Of a stretch of DNA of 64,000 bases, positions 1 to 8,337 are shown piece after piece. Position numbers and translations under genes: made by a program. The notes under the pieces are model-generated. The model saw only the letters and a list, made by a program, of their open reading frames with translations, had not been told where the DNA came from and searched no databases. Numbering within the stretch: position 1 is the stretch's first letter; each line of letters begins with the position of its first letter. Origin of the DNA: Candidatus Binatia bacterium (GTDB taxonomy: Bacteria; Desulfobacterota; Binatia; Bin18); contig CAXXHG010000015.1 in NCBI GenBank assembly GCA_963666315.2, positions 192,001 through 256,000 of the forward strand. The letters run 5' to 3'.

Positions 1-589
1 TATCAGCTGCCTGGCGGTATTGGGCTGCACGCGCTTCACCCAAAAAACTACGGTTAAAGGCCGAAGTCACCAACGGAATATCAATAAAATATTTGAGCGT
101 AGAGATGACGTTAAGCCCACAGACATCGCGCACTAAGAGTCCCAAGAATTGCTTGCTGGCCAGCGGATAACGGGCATAGATGGCACGGTCGGGATCATCT
201 GACGTGTTGGTATATTGATGGTGCGAGAGGTGAATATAGCGCCATTTAGCCAGCGAAATAAAAACCGGGCAGCCTGCAGTGAGCCGAGCCAGCCAGTCGT
301 TGATCCAGAGAGTGCGTGACAGCCGTTTATGGATGCCCTCGTGCACCAGCACCATGAGCGCATGTTGGCGTGAAGCGACGATTGCCACGCTGAAAAGGTA
401 GACGAGAACCCCCAGGATGCCCGACGTAAGCGGCACCAGAACAGCACTCAGGTAAACGGCGGCAGCCACAACCAGCCAGATTTCAGCCAGGTGGTAGAGC
501 GCCGTCTGGGTGCTGACCCGAGAGAGTCTTTTGACCACCTGGCGCACGCCTGATGTATCATTCAGAACTGGTGCTTCTGTTGTTTGCAC
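1..589 (-). CDS. Fatty acid desaturase family membrane di-iron enzyme (3' end runs off the window)
   Basis: Manual translation from GTG at 589 (absent from the ORF track): MQTTEAPVLND...RQHALMVLVHEGIH...WRYIHLSHHQYTNTSDDPD. Two His boxes plus hydrophobic segments; frame open to position 1. Confidence 0.85.
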   Translation of the reverse strand, partial: MQTTEAPVLNDTSGVRQVVKRLSRVSTQTALYHLAEIWLVVAAAVYLSAVLVPLTSGILGVLVYLFSVAIVASRQHALMVLVHEGIHKRLSRTLWINDWLARLTAGCPVFISLAKWRYIHLSHHQYTNTSDDPDRAIYARYPLASKQFLGLLVRDVCGLNVISTLKYFIDIPLVTSAFNRSFLGEARAAQYRQAAD

Positions 590-710
590 AGCCCCGATCT
601 ATACCAGACAAACTCTTCCTGGCAATCCCTGCTCCCGCTTGCTAAAACCCTAAGTGAGGACGGCCCCTTGCTAAGGGGACGCTGCGGATCATCAAATGAG
701 AGGAGAGAGC

Positions 711-1517
711 ATGCCACACGCGCAAGTTAATGAGCTGAATATTCACTATACCATTCAAGGCCAGGGCCAGCCGCTGTTACTCATCATGGGATTGGGCGGG
801 CCGGCAGCGGCCTGGGATCTCGAATTTGTGCAACGCATGGCCGCCGACTATAAGGTTATTACCTATGACAATCGTGGTACTGGGCGGTCAGACAAACCCG
901 ATGAACCCTACTCGATTGCACTCTTTGCCAGTGACGCGGTGGGCTTGCTGAGCGCACTCCATATCCCACGTGCGCATGTTTTTGGCATTTCGATGGGCGG
1001 CATGATAGCCCAGGAAATCGGCATTCACCATCCACACCATGTGGCGAGTTTGACGCTCGGTTGTACCACCCCAGGCGGCAAGCACTCCGTCCCTGCCCCA
1101 CCCGAGTCCATGAAAGCGCTCAAAGGGCAGCCCGGACAGACGCCTGAAGACGCCATTCGAGATGGTTGGAAATTATCCTACTCGGAAGACTATATTGCCG
1201 CCCACCGAGATGAACTCGAAGCCACCATGCGCCGCGTACTCGAATATTCCACACCTTACTTTGCCTACAACCGCCACTTCGAAGCGACCATGACACTCCG
1301 CGTATACAAGCAGCTCAAGGAGATTAACTCCCCAACCTTGATCGCTACTGGCCGTGAGGACGTGCTTATTCCAGCGGCGAATTCTGAAATCTTAGCCAGA
1401 GAAATCCCGAATTCTCAATTAGCCATATTCGACAACGCCGGACACGGTTTCGTCTCCTCCGCGCGCGAGCCGTTTACCTCACGCCTCAAAGAGTTCTTGT
1501 CACAAAATAGTCTATAG
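711..1517 (+). CDS. Alpha/beta fold hydrolase (3-oxoadipate enol-lactonase-like)
   Basis: GISMGG nucleophile elbow, DNRGTGRS, C-terminal GH; GAGGAG RBS before ATG 711. Confidence 0.9.
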   Translation: MPHAQVNELNIHYTIQGQGQPLLLIMGLGGPAAAWDLEFVQRMAADYKVITYDNRGTGRSDKPDEPYSIALFASDAVGLLSALHIPRAHVFGISMGGMIAQEIGIHHPHHVASLTLGCTTPGGKHSVPAPPESMKALKGQPGQTPEDAIRDGWKLSYSEDYIAAHRDELEATMRRVLEYSTPYFAYNRHFEATMTLRVYKQLKEINSPTLIATGREDVLIPAANSEILAREIPNSQLAIFDNAGHGFVSSAREPFTSRLKEFLSQNSL

Positions 1518-1565
1518 GCAGCCAGTAGGTGGCCTGTACGTCTCTGGCGCGGATTCTGTCTTCTC

Positions 1566-2546
1566 ATGGCGGTAGCAATTTACCCAATCCACTTTGGCTT
1601 TACGCCCCTTGTGGATGCGCAGACCATGGCCCCCACAAAGCTCGGAGGCGTATCGATTCTCGGCTTTGCATTCGATCCAACCACACCCAATTTACTCTAC
1701 GCCGCAACAGGCGATGGCGTTTTTACAAGTTCGGACGGTGGGAAAACCTGGCCTACGCTGAACAATGGCTTGACGGATTGAAACATTGAAGCCGTTGCGA
1801 TTGATCCTCACGATCCCAGCATTTTATATGCGGCGGCGTATGGCGGGCTGTTCAAGAGTACAACCGCTGGAGAAAATTGGGCGCCGGCCAACACCGGCCT
1901 TCCGGCGAATACGCATCCTTATTTCTTTGCTCTGGACCCCAAACAATCGGGCCATGTGTATACCGCCAGCGGGGACGGCATATTTGAAAGCGCGAATCGA
2001 GGCGAGCAGTGGACGGCTCGTGATACAGGTCTGACCGGGACAAAAATTAACGCGCTGGCCAGCGTGCCGACTCACCCCCTGACGCTCTATATCTGCACCT
2101 TAAAGAATGGGGTTTTCCAGAGCACGGATGCCGGGCAGCCCTGGACCCCAAAGAGCACGGGCTTGCTGGATATGTTTATCCCTGCGTTGACGGTCGATCC
2201 CACCAATCCAGCACTGCTGTATGCCGCGACCGGCGCCGGCATCTTTACCAGCCACGATGCGGGGGCGCACTGGGCGGCTGCAAATACCGGCATTTCAGCC
2301 GGAACCTTTGTCGGCTCACTCAACCTTGATCCAACTGAGCCGAAGACGTTACACGCCGGGACTGATCAAGGCGTCTTCAAAACGACAACGGCAGGCACGA
2401 GCTGGACAGCCAGCAATACCGGACTGACGGATACAAACATTGAGGTGCTTGCTTTAGATCCGTATAATCCGCAAACTTTGTATGTGGGCACCTTTAGCGG
2501 CGTCTTCAAAACAACAGACGGCGGCACCAACTGGGTACGGCGGTAA
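1566..2546 (+). pseudogene. BNR/Asp-box (VPS10/YCF48-like) beta-propeller protein interrupted by in-frame TGA at 1779-1781
   Basis: ORFs 1566..1781 and 1956..2546 share a frame; the sequence between them reads NIEAVAIDPHDPSILYAAAYGGLFKSTTAGENW, a full extra repeat of the GVFxSxDGGxxW unit. Confidence 0.8.
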
Positions 2547-2579
2547 TATCGGTCCCACAGGACAGGCTGAGAGAGCACT

Positions 2580-3197
2580 ATGGCACGTGTGGCAATCAAA
2601 AGACCAGAGACGATTGACGACCCAATCATCCAAGAGATCTTCAGTTGGGTGACCGATATGGAAGGCGAAGTACCGAATCATATCTATATAGAGATGAACT
2701 TTCCCGAGCTGCTGAAAGCCAAGCTGGGAACAACCAAAGTCTTGTGGCAGCTGGGTGAACTCTCCATGTCGGAGATCCAGCATGTCGGCATCGCCGTTTC
2801 TAAAGCGAACGGCTGTCCGTACTGTACGGCCGCATTCTGCACCATTTTGAACTACGGCCTGCAGACCGACGAGGAATATACCAAGCAATTCCTTGAAGAA
2901 GGGACGGCGGCTCTTTCAGACCCACGCCTAAGAACCCTTGTTGAGTTCGCCCTCAAGGTGAACCTCAGCCCTAAGGATGTTACTGACGAAGACGTTGCCC
3001 AACTCCGAGAAGTCGACCTGACCGACAAAGGCGTCGTACAACTCATCCATCTCGTCAGTGATTTTGCTTCGTATAATCGTCTCAACCTGGCGCTCGCCAC
3101 AGACTACGACTACCGAGATCTGTGGCGACAAGTCGGCTTTGGCTGGCACCAACAGCCAGGAGAGCTCGAAGGGGACAACACGCGCGGCGTTCGCTAA
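2580..3197 (+). CDS. Carboxymuconolactone decarboxylase / AhpD-like peroxidase-related protein
   Basis: VSKANGCPYC motif and typical C-terminal helical region (YNRLNLAL). Confidence 0.8.
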   Translation: MARVAIKRPETIDDPIIQEIFSWVTDMEGEVPNHIYIEMNFPELLKAKLGTTKVLWQLGELSMSEIQHVGIAVSKANGCPYCTAAFCTILNYGLQTDEEYTKQFLEEGTAALSDPRLRTLVEFALKVNLSPKDVTDEDVAQLREVDLTDKGVVQLIHLVSDFASYNRLNLALATDYDYRDLWRQVGFGWHQQPGELEGDNTRGVR

Positions 3198-3270
3198 AAT
3201 TGTGACAAGGGTCCTTATTAAGGTTTACCGTGGGGCTTTCCATTCTCTTATCAGTTCTCTCTTCTTAGTC

Positions 3271-3291
3271 CCCTCTCCCGCTGGGAGAGGG
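3271..3291. repeat. REP-like hairpin CCCTCTCCC-GCT-GGGAGAGGG, followed by a T-rich run (may also terminate)
   Basis: Perfect 9-bp inverted repeat seen directly. Confidence 0.6.
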
Positions 3292-3318
3292 CTCTTCTTT
3301 TTCAACAAGCGAGGATTT

Positions 3319-3681
3319 ATGCAACAAGACAACAGCGAGATCAAAGGCTTTCATGCTCATGTGTATTACGACGAACCCAGCCGTTCGACGGCCGAGGGTA
3401 TTCGCGAGGCATTAGGTGATCAGTTCGATGTCGAGCTCGGCCGCTGGCGCGAGGAACCCGTCGGCCCGCACCCGCAGGCCATGTATCAAGTCGCTTTTAA
3501 TTCAGATCAGTTTGACAAGGTCGTCCCCTGGTTGATGTTGAATCATTCCGGACTCAGCGTCCTCATCCATCCCCGCGCCGGTGACGATGTCGCCGATCAT
3601 ACGGGCCGGGCATTATGGTTGGGGGAAATACTTGAGCTGAACGTCGAGTTTCTGCGAAATTTTGAGAAAAACAAATCGTAG
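3319..3681 (+). CDS. DOPA 4,5-dioxygenase family protein
   Basis: FHAHVYY, PVGPHP, VPWLMLNH.GLSVLIHP, DH..ALWLG motifs; GAGG RBS before ATG 3319. Confidence 0.9.
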   Translation: MQQDNSEIKGFHAHVYYDEPSRSTAEGIREALGDQFDVELGRWREEPVGPHPQAMYQVAFNSDQFDKVVPWLMLNHSGLSVLIHPRAGDDVADHTGRALWLGEILELNVEFLRNFEKNKS

Positions 3682-3744
3682 GGGCGAGGGGACCTCGCCC
3701 ACCGGCCGGCCACAACGCATCCCAAAACATCAGACAAATCCCCC

Positions 3745-4173
3745 ATGCGTTTCCTCATCCTGCACGTCAACGCCTTCTGCTGCACCATCACAAAAAAAGG
3801 CCGATCCAAGGTCTACGAAGACTACGACGATCCTGTAACCAAAGTGGACAACGCGCTCGTGGTACTGGCCAGTGTCGAGCAAGGCGATGAAGAGAACCCT
3901 GACCGCGTCGCACGGCGTGCGAGTGACGAAATCGCCAAACTGGCCAATCAACTCAAAGTGACCACCATCGTCCTCCACCCTTTTCCCCACCTATTTGCCA
4001 CGCTCGGCTCGCCACAAGACGCAATCGATATTTTAGATCGAACACACCAATGCCTGATCGAAGCGAAACTCGACAGCACCCGCACCCCGTTTGGTTGGTT
4101 TAATACCTTACAGATAGATACCAAGGGCCATCCGCTGTCGCGTGTGGCGCGGATTGTAACGGCTGGAGATTAG
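3745..4173 (+). CDS. Stand-alone archaeal-type threonyl-tRNA synthetase editing domain (tRNA-Thr_ED / DTD-like fold)
   Basis: MRFLILH, ALVVLASVE..DE, IVLHPFPHL, RTPFGWF, KGHPLS match the archaeal ThrRS N-terminal editing-domain pattern (YP.AHL, APFGWY, KGHPLSE). Confidence 0.8.
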   Translation: MRFLILHVNAFCCTITKKGRSKVYEDYDDPVTKVDNALVVLASVEQGDEENPDRVARRASDEIAKLANQLKVTTIVLHPFPHLFATLGSPQDAIDILDRTHQCLIEAKLDSTRTPFGWFNTLQIDTKGHPLSRVARIVTAGD

Positions 4174-4223
4174 GGATTAACTAGGTTCCCATAACAAAAT
4201 GAAACTCTAACGCGGCGGAAGCA

Positions 4224-4685
4224 ATGAATGTCTTTATCGGTCTGCTCATTACTGCCGGGCTATCCATCGTGGGTATGGCCCATAACGCCCACGCTCTCAG
4301 CAGCGACGCCAAGACCCAGCTCCAATCTGCAAAAGAAATCTATGTTGCCACCCAACGCAAGAATGGCGAGTGGAGTACTGCCGCGCCCATTTGGTTTATG
4401 TATGCCGATGACGTGGTGTATTTTACCGTCGGCCCGACATCGTATAAAGCCAGACGGATTAAGAGTGGTCGCAATGCCGTCCGTATTTGGGTCGGCAGCA
4501 AAGACGGACCTATGTTTAGCGGTAAAGCGGGAATTTTCACCGACTCGACTATGGTGGAGCGCATGGGCGAAGCCTACAAAAAAAAATACTGGCTGGCATG
4601 GTTTGGATTCGCTCGGCCGCGCGCGAGCCGGGTTGAATCAGGTAAGACGGTTGCCATCAAAGTCATCCCCGATGCTGCCGAGTGA
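4224..4685 (+). CDS. Exported pyridoxamine 5'-phosphate oxidase-like / DUF2255-like split-barrel protein
   Basis: Signal peptide ending AHA; IYVAT.RKNG, PIWF, KARRI, AYKKKY pattern. Confidence 0.6.
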   Translation: MNVFIGLLITAGLSIVGMAHNAHALSSDAKTQLQSAKEIYVATQRKNGEWSTAAPIWFMYADDVVYFTVGPTSYKARRIKSGRNAVRIWVGSKDGPMFSGKAGIFTDSTMVERMGEAYKKKYWLAWFGFARPRASRVESGKTVAIKVIPDAAE

Positions 4686-4703
4686 CGAAAGGAAAGACCA
4701 AGC

Positions 4704-5879
4704 ATGGAGCAGAAACAGATAGATGCCGTCCTGAATCAAGCCGTTGAGTCCGGGGACATCCCTGGTGTAGTCGCCATGGTTGCTACGGACTCGGGTCTTG
4801 TGTACGAAGGCGCGTTTGGCACGCGCAAGCTGCGCAGCGGCAGCGCTATGACAAAGGATACAGTCTTTCGTATCGCTTCTATGACCAAGGCCGTCGCGTC
4901 TACGGCAGCCTTACAACTTGTCGAGCAGGGAAAATTCGGACTCGACCAGCCCGTGGGCGAAGTCGTCCCTGAGCTGGCGAACCTTGAGGTCCTGGAAGGC
5001 TTTGATACAGATGGGAAACCCAAACTACGACCGGCTGCACGCCCGGTCACCGCGCGCCAGCTCCTGACCCATACGGCCGGCTTTGGGTATGAGATCTGGA
5101 ATCCTGCTCTGCTCAAATACCAAGAGGCCTCATCCACACCCGGCGTTGCCAGCGGTAAGAAATCCGGGCTCAAGATGCCCCTTGCTTTTGATCCGGGCGA
5201 ACGCTGGGAATACGGCATTAATATCGACTGGGTCGGTCAACTGGTTGAAGCCGCCAGTGGCCTCACCTTAGACGTGTATCTCGAGCAGCATATTCTTGAA
5301 CCGCTCGGCATGACGGATACCAGCTTTGTGCGTTCGGCAGAACAAAATGCGCGCACCGTAAGTATCCATCAGCGCGGAGAAGACGGAACGTTAGCACCCA
5401 TCGAGCTTGAACTGGTTCCGGACGATGCTGAATACTACAGTGGTGGCCACGGGCTCAATTCTACAGCAAAAGACTACCTTGCCTTTGTGCAGATGATACT
5501 CAAAGGCGGCAGCCATAATGGGACGAAAATCCTCAAACCGGAAACAGTCTCTCTTATGGCAGAAAACCATATCGGCGATCTTGCTGCGGGAAATATGAAA
5601 ACAGCGGCTCCTGCTCTTTCCAACGATGTACAATTCTTTCCCGGTGTCGTGCATAAACACGGGCTCGGATTTCTGATCAACACCAGCGCCATTCCCGGAG
5701 CGCGTTCCGCCGCTAGTCTGGGGTGGGCCGGCATCTTTAACTCGTATTATTGGATTGATCCCACCAAACGTGTGGCCGGAGTCATCATGATGCAAATTCT
5801 GCCTTTCTTTGATGACAAGGCTGTTCCCGTATACGAACAGTTCGAGAAAGCCACCTACGCCGCGTTAGGTTTGGTCTGA
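4704..5879 (+). CDS. Serine hydrolase, beta-lactamase class C / esterase family VIII
   Basis: FRIASMTK (SxxK), LLTHTAG, PGERWEYG, WAGIFNSYYWIDP. Confidence 0.9.
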   Translation: MEQKQIDAVLNQAVESGDIPGVVAMVATDSGLVYEGAFGTRKLRSGSAMTKDTVFRIASMTKAVASTAALQLVEQGKFGLDQPVGEVVPELANLEVLEGFDTDGKPKLRPAARPVTARQLLTHTAGFGYEIWNPALLKYQEASSTPGVASGKKSGLKMPLAFDPGERWEYGINIDWVGQLVEAASGLTLDVYLEQHILEPLGMTDTSFVRSAEQNARTVSIHQRGEDGTLAPIELELVPDDAEYYSGGHGLNSTAKDYLAFVQMILKGGSHNGTKILKPETVSLMAENHIGDLAAGNMKTAAPALSNDVQFFPGVVHKHGLGFLINTSAIPGARSAASLGWAGIFNSYYWIDPTKRVAGVIMMQILPFFDDKAVPVYEQFEKATYAALGLV

Positions 5880-6042
5880 GGCTCCACCTGCAGACTGCCG
5901 CACGGCCAGCTGCCAGCTAGGATTGACCACGCGAGTGGGTCCGGTATGGTTTTTCTAACATTAGTAAGTTCACCTCATGATCCGAGGCGATAGCGAAATC
6001 ATACCGCTCGCTTATTTTACGACGCAAGAACTGGAGGACATT

Positions 6043-7248
6043 ATGGAACGCCCCTTACATTTTGGTATTTTCATGGCCCCGTTTCATCCCGTGGGTCAAA
6101 ACCCGACGCTCGCCCTTGAGCGCGATCTCGAACTGATCGTGCGCTTAGATGAACTGGGGTATGACGAGGCCTGGATCGGCGAACACCACTCCGCAGGCTT
6201 AGAAATTATTGCCTCACCCGAGATCTTCATTGCTGCGGCAGCCCAGCGCACGCGCCACATCCGATTAGGCACAGGCGTTAGCTCGCTGCCCTACCACCAT
6301 CCCTTAATTCTAGCGGACCGCATCGTTCAACTCGACCATATGACGCGCGGACGCGTCATGTTTGGCGTTGGCCCAGGCGCCTTACCGTCCGACGCTCACA
6401 TGATGGGCATAGACCCCGCCAGCCAACGCAGACGCATGGAAGAGTCTCTGGGTGCCATCATGCAACTCCTCACTTCGGATGAACCGGTCAGCATAGAAAC
6501 CGACTGGTTCACGTTGAAGGATGCTCGACTCCAGCTCCGTCCCTACACGTATCCTCACTTTGAGATTACAGTCGCCGCCACGGTTTCTCCCTCAGGACCG
6601 CGTACAGCCGGACGTTACGGCGTTGGCCTGCTCTCTCTTGGCGCTACCAGTATGGGCGGCTTTGCCGTGCTCGGCGATCATTGGAAAATCTGGAACGACC
6701 AAGCCCAAGAGTACGGCCACACGGTTGACCGTTCCGCCTGGCGCTTAGTCGGCCCGATGCATATCGCTCCGACGCGCGAACAAGCGTTCAAGGAAATCGA
6801 GTACGGCATTTATGACTGGGTTGATTACTTTCAGAATGTCGTTGCCCTGCCCCTCGCGCCAGAGGAAACAGATCCCCACAAATGGCCCCAGGCGCTTGTT
6901 GACTCTGGTACTGCGGTGATTGGCACCCCAGACGATGCGATTGCCCAGCTTACACGCCTAAGAGAACAGTCCGGAGGATTCGGGTGTTTCATGATCATGG
7001 CCAATGATTGGGTCGAGCGACAGGCATCGCTGAATTCTTACGAACTGCTGGCCAAGGAAGTCTTTCCGCACTTCCAAGGCTCTGCCGACCGTGCCGTGGC
7101 TTCGCGGGACTGGTGCCGCGACGATCATGACACCCTTATCGGTGGCGCCATGAATGCCGTGATCCAAGAAATTGACCGCTACGAAAAGGATACCGGCTAC
7201 CGGATTGCCATTGCCGATGCGGCCCAGGGCCAGTCCAACGCGAAGTAA
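6043..7248 (+). CDS. LLM-class flavin-dependent monooxygenase (limonene 1,2-monooxygenase-like)
   Basis: FGIFMAPFH, WIGEHHSAG, RLGTGVSSLPYHHP, GVGPGALPSDA; GGAGG RBS before ATG 6043. Confidence 0.85.
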   Translation: MERPLHFGIFMAPFHPVGQNPTLALERDLELIVRLDELGYDEAWIGEHHSAGLEIIASPEIFIAAAAQRTRHIRLGTGVSSLPYHHPLILADRIVQLDHMTRGRVMFGVGPGALPSDAHMMGIDPASQRRRMEESLGAIMQLLTSDEPVSIETDWFTLKDARLQLRPYTYPHFEITVAATVSPSGPRTAGRYGVGLLSLGATSMGGFAVLGDHWKIWNDQAQEYGHTVDRSAWRLVGPMHIAPTREQAFKEIEYGIYDWVDYFQNVVALPLAPEETDPHKWPQALVDSGTAVIGTPDDAIAQLTRLREQSGGFGCFMIMANDWVERQASLNSYELLAKEVFPHFQGSADRAVASRDWCRDDHDTLIGGAMNAVIQEIDRYEKDTGYRIAIADAAQGQSNAK

Positions 7249-7318
7249 ACAGTCTGTCCGACCGGTAGTACTCTCTCAGGGCTGAAGTGAGGAGTCTGTC
7301 ATTCTGAGGAGCCTACAT

Positions 7319-8275
7319 ATGCAAAACCGCAATTTTCAGATGATTGAAACCAATGGCATCCGTTTACGCACGGTTGTCGAAGGCGACGGCCCACGCGTCA
7401 TTCTCCTGCATGGCTTTCCGCAGTGTTGATATCTGTGGCGACACCAGATCGATCCCTTGGTTGAGGCCGGGTTTCAAGTCGCAGTTCCTGATCAACGTGG
7501 CTACGGCGGCAGCGATAAACCAGAAACCATAGAAGCATATTATATCGTGGACCTCAGCAACGATGTTGCCGGCATTGCGGATGCGCTCGGCCATGAGCAG
7601 TTCCTCGTTGTCGGCCATGATTGGGGCGCGCCTGTGGCCTGGCACACTGCCCTACTCCACGCTGATCGGGTCAAGGCCGTCGCTGGCCTCAGCGTTCCCT
7701 ATGTGCGAGGCCAGGCGGGCGTGATGACCAAGCAAGAAAATTTCGGCGACAATTTCTGGTACATCGTCTACTTCCAAACGCCGGGAGTGGCAGAAGCAGA
7801 GTTTGAAGCGGATATTCGGAAGACCTTGCGCATCACATATGATGCAGTGTCGGGTGATGCCTCAGGCGATGCGGTGCAGATTCAGAAACCTGCCACCGCA
7901 AAATTTCTCGACGGTATGGCTGACCCGGAAACGCTCCCTGCTTGGCTCACGGAAGAAGATCTCGATTACTATGTCGCCCAGTACGAGCAGAGTGGTTTTC
8001 GGGGCCCGATCAATTGGTATCGGAATATTGACCGCAACCTCGACCTGACGCCACAGTTAGCAAGCGCCAAAATAGAACGACCTGCCATTTTTATTGCTGG
8101 CAATAAAGACCCCGTCCTATCTTTTGGCGGCGGCGGTTGGGTCGATCTCATGGATCATTTTACAACTGACTTACGAGGAAAGATCTATATCGATGGAGCC
8201 GGCCACTGGGTTCAGATGGAACGACCCAAGGAAGTGAATGAGGCTTTACTCGGCTTTTTGCAGCAATTCGCGTGA
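7319..8275 (+). pseudogene. Epoxide hydrolase (alpha/beta fold) with in-frame TGA at 7427-7429
   Basis: ATG 7319 behind GAGGAG reads ...LLHGFPQC*YLWRHQID..., in frame with ORF 7457..8275 (GHDWGA, GAGHWVQ). The stop falls where the family has Trp (TGG). Confidence 0.85.
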
Positions 8276-8295
8276 GCCGTTCGTGCAATTGATTT

Positions 8296-8320
8296 GTAGG
8301 GGCAATTCCTGAATTGCCCC
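8296..8320. repeat. GTAG-type REP hairpin between convergent genes
   Basis: GTA-GGGGCAATTC-CT-GAATTGCCCC perfect stem. Confidence 0.6.
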
Positions 8321-8337
8321 ATTCACTGCGATTTACT

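Noticed and set aside
133-447. ORF-track 104-aa ORF, and the many other short or antisense ORFs overlapping called genes
   Set aside because: Shadow frames; here the real gene is the desaturase in another minus-strand frame.
1779-7429. Genetic-code reassignment of TGA, suggested by two in-frame TGA codons
   Set aside because: TGA is the genuine stop of many intact genes here (e.g. 4683-4685, 5877-5879, secF), and a TAG lesion and frameshifts occur in the same region; decay explains all of them.
7424-7450. Selenocysteine (Cys-Sec) with a SECIS in the epoxide hydrolase
   Set aside because: The position corresponds to Trp in the family motif, and the hairpin loop is closer to the UGA than in canonical bacterial SECIS elements.
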